Program-made: the position numbers and the translations under genes | Shown: positions 27,101-35,400 of the stretch, in pieces | Layout: the number at the start of each line of letters is the position of its first letter | Position numbering within the stretch: the first letter of the stretch is position 1 | Virus record (IMG/VR): IMGVR_UViG_3300030202_002001 | Location: 1-64,000 of that record | DNA: 64,000 nucleotides | Source of the DNA: a virus | Strand: one strand, 5' to 3' | The notes under the pieces: generated by a model | Seen by the model: the letters and a program-made list of their open reading frames with translations, nothing else | What the model was told of the DNA's origin: nothing | Databases searched by the model: none

Positions 27101-30100
27101 CATTGCAATATGTTACTGGATATGGACATACATCTCTACCTGGCACGGTCTTTATTGTTAAGAACAATAATAACCAGTTCTTCATCTCTACCAATATTAC
27201 CGATGCTAGACAGGGTATTGCAGTAACATTCCAACCTGGAACTGCTGCTGGTAACCAGCATAGATTCACAATGAACAAGAGAGATGAAAAGACCGTCATC
27301 GCTCTTAATGGTATTGTTCAAAAACCAATTTCATTTACAAGCATCATTTATGATTTGGATGTTGCTGTAAATGGTGTTGTTACATCTTTCGCTCTTAGTG
27401 GATTGAGCACTGTTACTTCTGGTGACCTTCTTAAGATTGAAGAAGAATACTCTATTGTAAGAACTGTTGGTTTTGCAACTCAACCATCTGGTCCTATTAC
27501 TGGTATTGGAACCTGGAGTATTGTTGAAGTAGAAAGGGGTGCTGTTGGATCTGCTGCTACAGATCACTCTGCTGGTACTGTAGCAAGAATCCATAGAGGT
27601 GCCTTCCAGATTCTCAATAGCGAAATTCACTTTACTGAGGCACCTTTAGGTGGTGACCTCGGAATTATCAACCCTGCTAATCTTCCTTATCCTAGAGCAT
27701 CCTTCGGCGGTAGAACATATCTAAGAAATGATTACAGAACTAATGAATTGTTTGATGATTTCTCAGACAAGTTTGATGGTCTTGAGAATACATTCCCACT
27801 TACAGCAACTGGTGCTGCTGTAACTGGTATTGGTTCTACTGGCGGTAATGGCGTTCTGTTTATTAACGGTATCTTCCAAGCACCGTTTGGTGAGAATAAT
27901 GAGGGGGTATCCAACTTTAAGATTCTTGAGAATCCCGTTTCTACTGCTGCTAGTGTTCAGTTTAGCGGTATCACATCGGTTGGATTTACGGATCTAATTA
28001 TTGATGAAGATGATATTAATCAAAACCAACTTCCTAGAGGTGGTGTAATTGTTTCGGTTGCTTCTACACCTGGACTTGGTTATGCACCTTTTAATGGTGC
28101 AGCAGTCAAAGTTAATGTAAACACTGCAGGAACAATTACTGAGATTGTTGGTGTTTCTACAACAGGAACGGCAGTGAATATTATTGATGCTGCTTATGAT
28201 AATAAGACTGGCATCATGACAGTTTCACTTGCAGATAATCATAAACTTGTCCTTGAAGATCAAGTCAAGTTAGTTGGCCTTGAGTTCACATGTCCTAAGG
28301 TTCCTGTCGGAACTCCTGATGGGTTTACTTATGATCCTTCTACAGGTATTTCTACCATCTCGTTTGCAAGTCCTCATGGACTAGTAAATGGAGATGCAAT
28401 CTCTATTGAAGCGAACAGCATTACATTTACATGTACACAGGGTCCTGGTAACCACACATATCCCCGCGTAACTGATCCTGCATTCAATCAGTACCTCACA
28501 ATTTCGGGTGTAACTGCAAATTCATTCAAAGTCAATGTCGGGACTGGTGGCACAGGTACATCTCCACATACATTCGTCAGTGCTGATACTGATTCTATTA
28601 AAACTCTGAATTATCAGGGTATCACTACTACAACATTCCCAGATCATAATGATCCCTTCTATGTTGTTGGTGTTACATCCGCAACAACATTTAAGGTTCA
28701 GGTTGGTGCATCTACCATTCCTCATACTTATGTGAGTGGTGGAACTGCCGCAGAATTCTTCCCACTTACATTTGGTTCTGGATACAGAACTACATTAGGT
28801 ACAATTGGGATTGCAATCACTGATCGTGCATATAATCACAAGTTTGTATCTGCTGGGGTCAATTCAATCTTTGATAATACGGGAGCAAGATATACTGCTA
28901 CCAATGCTAGATATACCTCTAGTACAGGTAAATTAGTTCTTACCCTTCCTTCACATGGTTTGACCACCAGTAATACCATTGGTATTGATACTGGATCTCT
29001 TGGATTGTCTTGCTCTAAAGATAACTATCTAAGCGTAAATCTGTATCCTAGATCAACTGATCCTGTTGCTGGTATTTTCACCGCAATTGCTTCTACTACT
29101 GTAAATACCGTCACAGTCAATGTTGGACCTGGTGGTGGTGCTGGAACAGGAGCAGATGTTTCTGCAGTTGTTGGTGTTGGTGGTAGCCTCGTATTTACAA
29201 TTAATTCTGGTGGATCTGGATATCGTGATCCCGATGCATTACCTCCAGAACCCAATGGAGAAAACCTTCCCATCGTAGGTGTTTCTAGAATTGGTCTTGG
29301 TGCTACTACACTAACTGGTGTTGGTTGTTCTATCGCTGTCCAAATCGCAGGTGTATCTACAGCAACTGGAATTGGTTCAACTCTGTTTGAGGTGTCCGAT
29401 TTTGACTTTGTTAAAAAGGGATATGGATTCAAGCGTGGAGACAAATTTACAGTCACTGGTCTTTCTACTGATCCAACTGCAGGTGATGACTTTAGACAGT
29501 TTGAACTTGAAGTAATTGATGTATTTACTGACCAAGTTTCTTCCTGGCAGTTCGGTAACATTGATTATCTTGACAACATCAAACCATTCCAAAATGGAAA
29601 TCAAAAGAGATTCCTTCTCTACTATCAGTCTTCATTGGTCAGTTTTGAGATTGATAGAGGTGACTTGGATTCTAAAGAAATTGACCTTTCTGCAGTTCTA
29701 TTAATCTTCATCAACGGTGTTATTCAAGAACCAAACATCAACTATTCATTCGATGGTGGATCAGTTATTGAATTCAATAGTGCTCCAACTGCTGAAGATA
29801 ATGTTGTTATCTTCTTCTATAGAGGAACTATCGGTCAAGATAGTTTCCTGAATGATATCAATGAAGTTATTAAAGTTGGCGACAACTTGAAACTAAGAAA
29901 GAGTGCCCAAATTGAATTGAATCAAGTTCCTGCAGAAACAGGAAACCTTTCCCAAAGTGCTAATAGAATTGTCAAGAGGATTGATAGTGCTGCTACGGTA
30001 GAAACTGCATTCTATCGTGGTGTAGGTATCAGCAACGATAACTACAAACCTATGGATTGGATCAAGCAGAAGAAGGACATTCTGGTTGATGGTTCATTGG

Positions 30101-30876
30101 TATCTAAAGCAAGAGATTCTATTGAGGCTCAAATCAACCCTATCGCTAATGTTATTGGTGTCTTAAGCACAACTGATGCTTTCGTATATGTTGATAACAC
30201 GGCAATGTTTAGAGACACTGATGACGGGTTAACTGGTTCATTCAGTCTCGCATATATTGCAGAAGTTGGATTTGGAACAACTGCAGTTTATGGTATCAAC
30301 TATGAGAACATAACTGGCATCGAACCTCTCGTTGCTAATGTTCAAGGATTTATCGGAGTTGTTACAGGAATTAGCACCTGTCCTGGAATTGGAACCGATC
30401 TCGGTCTCCTTATCCAATTCGATGCTGCAGAATATGTTAATGATGGAAACAGCACTGCTGGATTACAGATTGGACAACCAATCAAACTTTATGGATCTGG
30501 ATTCAATACTGCTGGTGTTGCAGTTACTAGTATTGATACTCATGATACCGATATTGTGGGTATTACCACATTCAATGGTGACAACATTTACTATGTACAT
30601 TCAGTATCTACAAGAAATGGTGGTCGCGTAGGTGTTCTTACCTGCAACATCGCTTCATACACTAACACTAGTGATTTTGTAGGTGTTGGTTCTACTTCTG
30701 GACCTTACTGCAACTTTACCTGGGGTAAATTCAGTGGTCTCACTAGAGATGCAGGTAATCCTGTTTTTGCAGACCTCAAGGGTTTAAACTTTGACCCTGA
30801 TTTGACCAACTATCCTATTGTTCAAAGGCGTGGAGTTGGTCTAAGAGGAACTGGCGGCTTGCCGAAGCTATTATAA
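18115..30876 (+). CDS. gp7: Giant baseplate wedge initiator (gp7-like), 4253 aa
   Basis: Position between gp6 and gp8; LYESKGT..SFK.LF, DNDYYQN.SY and VHPAG motifs; many GxGY repeat domains and a YHYH-like segment. Confidence 0.8.
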   Translation: MIETNSPLSPRVKTYQTISESIPEFAISENPKFVDFLTQYYISQDYQGGPADIAENIDAYIKIDNLTVDVIRGGTTLTNTISATDDVLTVESTDGYPDKHGLIKIDNEIITYDQKTQTSFTGCTRGFSGISSYSAPNNPGNLVWQQTVAAEHLSGAAAQNVSALFLKEFYKKLKSMYAPGLEGVNLSPQLDINNFIKEARSLYESKGTEDSFKILFKALFGIDPKINDLEKYLIKPSYANYVRRKTLSLELISGDPAKLVGETLYQDNDPLNDKFNAASGPISEVSNIRDNYFKLSLFTGFDERSLTDGIFVVPGKTRNIGDIGIGASVLTVDSTIGFSSTGTLSIGATTYTYGQKSINQFFEVSPPVKDTIKNNTDISAPNIVYGFEEGDSSKRVEFKVTGVLNKFLSNEVLTSLDDDSSIRIRNLGRLIDNPEINRGYEEIFFNSWVYNTSTRYEIDSFGGSSFLLTGTLDKSSLRKNDKVDIVNRNSELVAATGLTVASVNTSTNTVTLSGNIPTLDSSLKYDIRRVQFKASSSTVPIKGGQDQLLADINNSYIETENESATGKREGYVASSSLPSYLINSDKIRSTLIAPTVALGNFDNYNSVEDAYSTLAFTNDVPFRTGDEITYVPSEGTVAISGLEQKNYFVKVLNPANRIELYTSRAFIKAQLPEYFNPIGSGGTHDFILASQGKREIFPSRPIRRFTLEQNLKSGKEAQTTSEVTADGNTGMLVNGLEILNYKGEDQVFYGPLSAINVLSGGTGYDVQNPPNITITDSTVSVANTAGGIVSVAGTVSAVFVDPVDFDIDKVISVQIFGGNGSGARGRALLEERYREIPFSGISTLSGGNVEAVNDRFTFGSNHNLVTGNRIVYDSNGNSNLGIATTGGSKDELTLMSGQDYYVRSSGNLSLFLHYSKSDSVLGINTISISEDAASSNSGQHIFRTFEKKKTISRINIEDSGSGYASRKLYVKPVGINTFADSVYFENHGFVDGDIVNYSFETTGITGLSTTKQYKVLRLSDSSFRLAESGNKGDVLPTDTNYDKRIHAFLDSHGSGLQRFEYPEIQCTVKVLTEDQQEQELTATPIVRGDITDVVLYEPGANYGSTIINFLNPPTISVPRGSLGQIGLIFSNGRIITAFVQAGGSGYSGPPDIQVSSASTEANGAVLRAIVNDTGNITEVKVISGGVGYAASTTSVAITPVGSNLRLEAALRPLLINKSYGLNDTELDYLAPFGDGVAVNYIGYGNSIRNFFEDDGSSHSPIIGWAYDGNPIYGPYGLEDPDNIQSDVKRQVTSYNINATNIENRPPISEFPYGSLIEDYVYDGSGDLDEHNGKFTKTPDFPKGVYAYFASVDNINKPLFPYFIGDTFRSFAIPENTVRGLVIDQTNFDFESSKLVRNTFPYNIFGDGKVYDYVFQPYKTNNQEARPDSLGVGSITSIDVSFRGSGYSVNDKLVFDETGTNGGGVSAEVQQIFGADIAKVSSQIVSFSNMPFKVGRERTTFKISPYHEFKENDFVRITGVSTFVSGIEEFHKISVTPYFTNLEQDGYSGIVTDLKVNLVPPNVSAGDSIGIGTETMRILNAFPSEKILRVERYAGFATAAVGAAVTYFTSEFSFPLKETTPIDSRFQEFYYFNPKESVGVGTTVGFSTSVNVSLNGVTKTRSIISQSIHIGEHDLKTNDLVTFSKNGNAVINATDSISPYTAPSALGSSLYAVRKTSTTIGLKTSPDGAELFFTNTGDDAANYYFQTNYNQETSDVERGELTVQTTGAHNLSIGDRVNLTVKPGLTTGIGPNEDITVKLLDNNLIINPIDLPTTGVNTVTNTFTISDHGLETGFKVLAYGALGIEDTLPDRLFQRAYFVLKVDNDQFQLSDSRSQLFLDPPEVVNVTGVGSTGQTINPINPPLQITKNNNVVFNLNDPSLLGGKLKIFYDSNYFNEFVGSGTTDNLEVVNVNTVGLGTTVPSDMAKLTLNYNNSFTSEVYYGLEKGGYMSTSDTGVVAYNKIGFIDSAFNGKYNVTGVAGTEFTTTLSVDPEKSNYSVGDCTDLFYTTTSIGATGGISKIRLINNGFGYQKIPAVTSIGNSGISANLLLSGPDINRMDSVTVPTDVYGYPSDNTLKPDAFLPRTVFVKNANRVIDVEVTFGGKSYLNAPSLALYDKSTGEIVQNGLLTCDLSDSAVNTAQVVVQPRGLTGNDYGVAPLQNSNGISIIQAFSDVGVLTCKITTPVLGYVNEPFTVGETVFLEGIQFNGDGDGFNSGDYKFVNFQIDDYNSATNPREVSFKYTGLTTNVGTGATVVPGFGQIVKAGNLAQFSCSKAFSPFSKNEPLRRNDDPSTDLILRSIDTNTGIMIIEGARPLEADDLLVGTNSGDRAEVDSVTVFDGYYDIDSTIDTAIGWSDNIGLIGDSNQFLPDNDYYQNLSYAIESDKTYEEIITYVNDIVHPAGLKNFANTQILSVGDAGESTRPADDAGGFVLDFISDPLRVDAIYGFDLARDVDSSNNVSKFVELRSTRLADFILNKTNRVLIHDDISPQFVSNESNDLSDDRTIAAAVAGRNFARYLILTSHDAENPLNNQYQFNEVVLVAIEGNTYLLQKSQINNTNNVGLATGYAEFFAFFNANDNITEVRIKPYETFDTNYDIKAFQQGFASDVGIGSVNTGNVVNSSANVTVSAGTTTEITGFSTDTFVAGIGHFVIVDNADNKVDYVELALQHDGTDTYLTELASFNTRQSLGGLSSPTFMGTFTSSIESGVVKINYIHNELIPLSVRSKFVSFENVGLGTTTVRHLNLEFTPEGTERTARVVVGSSATTGISTVVGVTSFTDLAFKSTVHVAFGSTQTLHQVYVMSDPEKGDTFISQQPIAAIGTTTGIGTFGAEFSGTQLNLEFYPDAGVSGMVSIYSYNEVLYKDADPNGTLAGIGSFDYGKVFENVTQNTYLGINNRNLRSFDLKYQGTPIYERNLNPQNPNQLDFGTGLISFKHFFSNTEEVSYNPGSNIVGVAASALQYVTGYGHTSLPGTVFIVKNNNNQFFISTNITDARQGIAVTFQPGTAAGNQHRFTMNKRDEKTVIALNGIVQKPISFTSIIYDLDVAVNGVVTSFALSGLSTVTSGDLLKIEEEYSIVRTVGFATQPSGPITGIGTWSIVEVERGAVGSAATDHSAGTVARIHRGAFQILNSEIHFTEAPLGGDLGIINPANLPYPRASFGGRTYLRNDYRTNELFDDFSDKFDGLENTFPLTATGAAVTGIGSTGGNGVLFINGIFQAPFGENNEGVSNFKILENPVSTAASVQFSGITSVGFTDLIIDEDDINQNQLPRGGVIVSVASTPGLGYAPFNGAAVKVNVNTAGTITEIVGVSTTGTAVNIIDAAYDNKTGIMTVSLADNHKLVLEDQVKLVGLEFTCPKVPVGTPDGFTYDPSTGISTISFASPHGLVNGDAISIEANSITFTCTQGPGNHTYPRVTDPAFNQYLTISGVTANSFKVNVGTGGTGTSPHTFVSADTDSIKTLNYQGITTTTFPDHNDPFYVVGVTSATTFKVQVGASTIPHTYVSGGTAAEFFPLTFGSGYRTTLGTIGIAITDRAYNHKFVSAGVNSIFDNTGARYTATNARYTSSTGKLVLTLPSHGLTTSNTIGIDTGSLGLSCSKDNYLSVNLYPRSTDPVAGIFTAIASTTVNTVTVNVGPGGGAGTGADVSAVVGVGGSLVFTINSGGSGYRDPDALPPEPNGENLPIVGVSRIGLGATTLTGVGCSIAVQIAGVSTATGIGSTLFEVSDFDFVKKGYGFKRGDKFTVTGLSTDPTAGDDFRQFELEVIDVFTDQVSSWQFGNIDYLDNIKPFQNGNQKRFLLYYQSSLVSFEIDRGDLDSKEIDLSAVLLIFINGVIQEPNINYSFDGGSVIEFNSAPTAEDNVVIFFYRGTIGQDSFLNDINEVIKVGDNLKLRKSAQIELNQVPAETGNLSQSANRIVKRIDSAATVETAFYRGVGISNDNYKPMDWIKQKKDILVDGSLVSKARDSIEAQINPIANVIGVLSTTDAFVYVDNTAMFRDTDDGLTGSFSLAYIAEVGFGTTAVYGINYENITGIEPLVANVQGFIGVVTGISTCPGIGTDLGLLIQFDAAEYVNDGNSTAGLQIGQPIKLYGSGFNTAGVAVTSIDTHDTDIVGITTFNGDNIYYVHSVSTRNGGRVGVLTCNIASYTNTSDFVGVGSTSGPYCNFTWGKFSGLTRDAGNPVFADLKGLNFDPDLTNYPIVQRRGVGLRGTGGLPKLL

Positions 30877-30879
30877 ATA
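30872..30879 (+). promoter_or_regulatory. T4-type late promoter TATAAATA
   Basis: Exact consensus upstream of gp8. Confidence 0.8.
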
Positions 30880-30912
30880 CAAAAAAGTTAGACCTTCCGC
30901 CCGTTTATAATA

Positions 30913-32487
30913 ATGGCAGCCATTATCACAGACCAGTTTAGGGTCATTAATGCGAATAACTTTGTAGACTCTGTAATTGATGGTAGTAATTCCTATTTTA
31001 CTTTTTTGAGTCTTGCAAACCCGACTATCACGGGTTATGGAAGAACTAGTACTTGGAATAGTACGACGGTACAACCACCGTCTCCTATTGACAATATTAG
31101 TTACATTAATCATGTATATGACACCATGCTTTTCGGAAGAAAAGTACTTCCTGGTGATGTAAGAAGATTAGTCCGAAAGGTACAGTGGACTAAAGGTACA
31201 TCGTATGACATGTATCGTCATGACTACGATACCAATGAAAGATCTCTCGTATCTAACTCTAGTAGATTGTATTCTTCAAACTACTATGTGATCAATAAAG
31301 ACTTTAGAGTCTATATTTGTATTAATAATGGATCTGCTGGAATTACCTCTACAGCAAACGCATCTCTCGATGAACCTACATTTACTGATCTGGAACCATC
31401 CGCTGCTGGGACAAGTGGTGACGGATATCTATGGAAATATCTCTTTACTGTACCTCCCGCCGACATCGTTAAATTTGACTCAACCGAATATGTAGCGGTT
31501 CCTAACTCATGGTCAACTTCATTAGAAAATGAAATTAAGGTAGTTCGGGATAATGGAGACTCTACAATCAATAACAACCAAATTAAGGTTGTGTCGATTG
31601 ATGAACAGGGTGAGGGATATTCATTTCTATCATCTCCAATCGAATTAGATATTCTAGGAGATGGTACTGGTGGCAAAGTTAGGGTACAAACAAATACTAA
31701 CGGACAAATTATTTCCGCAACTGTAACTGCTGGAGGCCAGGGTTATAGTTTTGGACGAGTAAATCTTTCCAGTATTAACAGTGCTGCAACTAAGTTTGCA
31801 AGATTAACTCCAATCATTCCTCCTTCCAGAGGACATGGTTTTGACTTGTACAAGGAACTTGGAACTGATAAGGTTCTAATTTACTCTAGATTTGATAATT
31901 CTTCTTACGACTTTATCTCTGACACCACTTTTGCTCAAATTGGTGTTATTAAAAACCCAGTTTCTGCAGGTGCTGGTTCTACAGCAGTTATTAACACATC
32001 CGAATTTTCTTCTACAAAATCTCTTAAATTCACTGGCAATACTACACAAACTCTTGCCATTGGATCTCAGATTCAGCAGGATATTTCTGGGGTAGGAACT
32101 GCAAAGGCATATGTCGCCTCTTATGATACTAGCACTAGAGTAATTAAGTATTTCCAAGATAGAAACCTCTATCTCAACCCAAATCTTTATGATTCTACCG
32201 ATAGTATCGGTGTTGGTGGAGATGCTGATGTTTTGGACTTTAGTTCAACTGGAAACGCTGTCACGGGTCCTAGTGGTTTCAGCGTTAACATCGACTCTGG
32301 GTTTACTGGCATCTCAACAACTACACCAGCAGGTAAGGTTGTTGACTTGGGAGTACAATTTACTAATGGTCTTGCTCCAGAGGAAATAAATAAAAGGACT
32401 GGTGAGATACTTTACCTTGATAATAGACCATCTATTACAAGAAATGAGCGTCAAAAAGAAGACATCAAAATCGTTTTAGAATTCTAA
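30913..32487 (+). CDS. gp8: Baseplate wedge subunit gp8
   Basis: MAAIITDQFR, DGYLWKYLF, GEILYLDNR..I.R...QKEDIKIVLEF. Confidence 0.9.
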   Translation: MAAIITDQFRVINANNFVDSVIDGSNSYFTFLSLANPTITGYGRTSTWNSTTVQPPSPIDNISYINHVYDTMLFGRKVLPGDVRRLVRKVQWTKGTSYDMYRHDYDTNERSLVSNSSRLYSSNYYVINKDFRVYICINNGSAGITSTANASLDEPTFTDLEPSAAGTSGDGYLWKYLFTVPPADIVKFDSTEYVAVPNSWSTSLENEIKVVRDNGDSTINNNQIKVVSIDEQGEGYSFLSSPIELDILGDGTGGKVRVQTNTNGQIISATVTAGGQGYSFGRVNLSSINSAATKFARLTPIIPPSRGHGFDLYKELGTDKVLIYSRFDNSSYDFISDTTFAQIGVIKNPVSAGAGSTAVINTSEFSSTKSLKFTGNTTQTLAIGSQIQQDISGVGTAKAYVASYDTSTRVIKYFQDRNLYLNPNLYDSTDSIGVGGDADVLDFSSTGNAVTGPSGFSVNIDSGFTGISTTTPAGKVVDLGVQFTNGLAPEEINKRTGEILYLDNRPSITRNERQKEDIKIVLEF

Positions 32488-32491
32488 GAAG

Positions 32492-35400
32492 ATGCCACAA
32501 CAGACTAACCTCAATGTAAGTCCGTATTATGATGATTTTGACCCTAATAAGGGCTATCATCGTGTCCTGTTTAAACCAGGATTTCCAGTACAGGCTAGAG
32601 AACTTTCTACCTTACAGTCTATCCTGCAGAATCAGGTAGAAAAATTTGGTAGTCATATCTTCAAAGAAGGATCCATCGTAGTTCCAGGATCCGTAACTTT
32701 TGATGGACAATATTATGCAGTTCAGGTCAATCCAACCCACCTAGGAACTGATATTGGTGTATATGCCGATAAGGTAATTGGGAAAATTATTAAGGGACAG
32801 ACTACAGGAACAACTGCAAAAGTAATTAACTTTATTAGTGCTTCACAGTCAGATAATGACTATGACACTTTTTATGTTAAGTACATTAATTCAGCATCCA
32901 CTGGAGATTTTAATTTCTTCTCTGATGGTGAAATTTTAGTTGCAGAAGAATCATTTACATATGGTGGCACAACTATTAATGTCGGTGGTACTTTTGCTTC
33001 TACTATTGATTTAGATGCGTGTAGTATTGGTTCTGCTGCATCTGTTGATGAAGGTATCTATTTTCTTAGAGGTTGTTTTGTAAAGGTAGAAAAGCAAACA
33101 ATTATTCTAGATCAATACAACCCACAACCATCCTTTAGGGTTGGATTGAGAGTAGTCGAGACAAATGTATCTGCTAAATCCGACGAGAGCCTTTACGATA
33201 ATGCAAAGGGATTTTCTAACTTTGCTGCTCCTGGGGCAGATAGGCTTAAAATTAATCTTGTCTTAGATAAAAAAGCAGTATCAGATTTTAACGATACGGA
33301 TTTCGTAGAGATTTTACGAGTTAGCAACGGCGAAATCTTATCCATTAAGAGAGAAACAGAATATTCTAAAATTAGAGAGTATCTCGCAAAAAGAACTTTT
33401 GACGAGTCTGGTGACTATACTGTTAACAAATTCCTGTTAAACATTACAGAGTGTCTTAATGACAGGAAAGGTAATAATGGAGTTTATTTCTCTGATCAAA
33501 CAACCTTTGATGGGAATCAACCAGATGATGATCTTGCTTGCTTAAAAATTAGTGCTGGTAAGGCATATGTCAAAGGATATGAAGTATCAACTGATGGTCC
33601 TACAACCATCGACTTCTTCAAACCAAGAGAAACTGGAGAAGTAAAGAACAAGTCTTTCCCATTTGAGATGGGAAATAAGTTTATTGTCAATAATGTAAGT
33701 GGTATTAGTACCTTTACCAACAGAATTAATCTGATGGGAGGTCCCAATAGTGGTGGTAGTGCTAATGTAGCAGGCACTGCATCTAAAATTGGTGATGCTA
33801 AAGTATATAATCTTGGTTTAAGAGATAGAGTATATAAAGACGCATCTACGGAATTCGATATGTATCTGTATGATATACAGACATATACGACTCTGCAACT
33901 GAACGACTATGTTAGTAATTCTGAGTTAAACGAATCAGCATTTATTGTTGGTAAGGAAAGTGGAGCAAACGCATTTGCAGTAACCGCAGGTGCTGGTTCT
34001 AGTACCATTCAAGTTACTCAGACATCTGGTACTTTCAGGAGAGGAGAAGAAATTCTCATTAATGGAACTGATGCTACTCCTAGAACTATTGAGGGTGTAA
34101 CCCCTTACGGCATCAATGATGTTTTCTCCTTCGCTCAAAGTGGTAATAGTTTTACTGCTAACAAGAAGTTAACCGATAGGATTCCTCCTAGATTAGGAAA
34201 TGGTAATGTAAAAATTACAAAGGCTGGTGCAACAGCAACTGTCACCGCACCTAGAATTGACAGTTTCCAGAGATTCAAACCTGGAGATGTTATCAGGTTT
34301 GTGGAAGGTGGTAATCAATATCAGAATGTCGTATTGACAATTGCTGCTGACCTACAGTCCATGACTGTTGGTGCAATGACAACAGTTGCAAATTTATTTG
34401 AGGGAACTGTTAAGACCTTTGAGGGACCAATCACTATTGGATCTCAAGATGGTAGTGATCAAAATGCATCTCTCATTACAGTAATTCCAGATCTCAATGT
34501 TTCTAATGTTGACTTTACTGGATCTACATTATTACTTTCTACTCAGATTCAAAACGAATCAACTAATGCTCTTGGGCAGTTAGTTATTCCTATTTCTTCA
34601 GTAGACATTCCAGATACATCATTTGCTGGATTTGATGAGGAAAGGTATCAAGTACAATATTCAAACGGCAATATCGGTGTAATTGAGGATGATCAGGTAA
34701 CAGTTACTGGTACACAGGTAACTATTACTGGTCTTCTTCCTTCGCAAACTGGGATGACTGTTAATGTCACAGTTATCAAAGCAGTTGTCAAGAATAAAGT
34801 AAAAGAGTTTAAGAGGTGCCAACAAGTCGCTGTCACAAGATCTAAAAACAAGAGATCTGGCACTGATCCAGCCACAAGTATCAATGATGGTTTGAATCAT
34901 AGTGCTCTATATGGACTGAGAGTTCAAGATAGAGATATCTCTCTTAACGAACCAGATGCAGTTGATATTGTTGCTATCTACGAATCTTTAGATTCATCTG
35001 CTCCTATTCCAGATAAGTTAAGTTTTAGTTCTACTGATGATGTCTTTACAAGTGCTATCATCGGTGAAAATATTTTCGGATCTACAAGCAAAGCAATTGC
35101 AAAGGTAGTTTCTGTTGATGCTGGTAATAGTCAGATTGATATTGTTTATCTGACTAATGATAGATTCACTGTATTGGAACCACTGAAGTTTGAAGAGTCT
35201 AATACTACTGCTGTTCTCCAAGGATTCACCCCTGGAAAATATAGAGATATTACCAGCAGTTACATGCTGGATAAAGGTCAGAGAAATCAATATTATGATT
35301 ATTCTAGAATTGTAAGAAACAGAGGAGCATACATTCCTCATAGACAACTTCTTATAATCTATAACAGATATGATGTTCCCACTGGAGACACTGGGGATGT

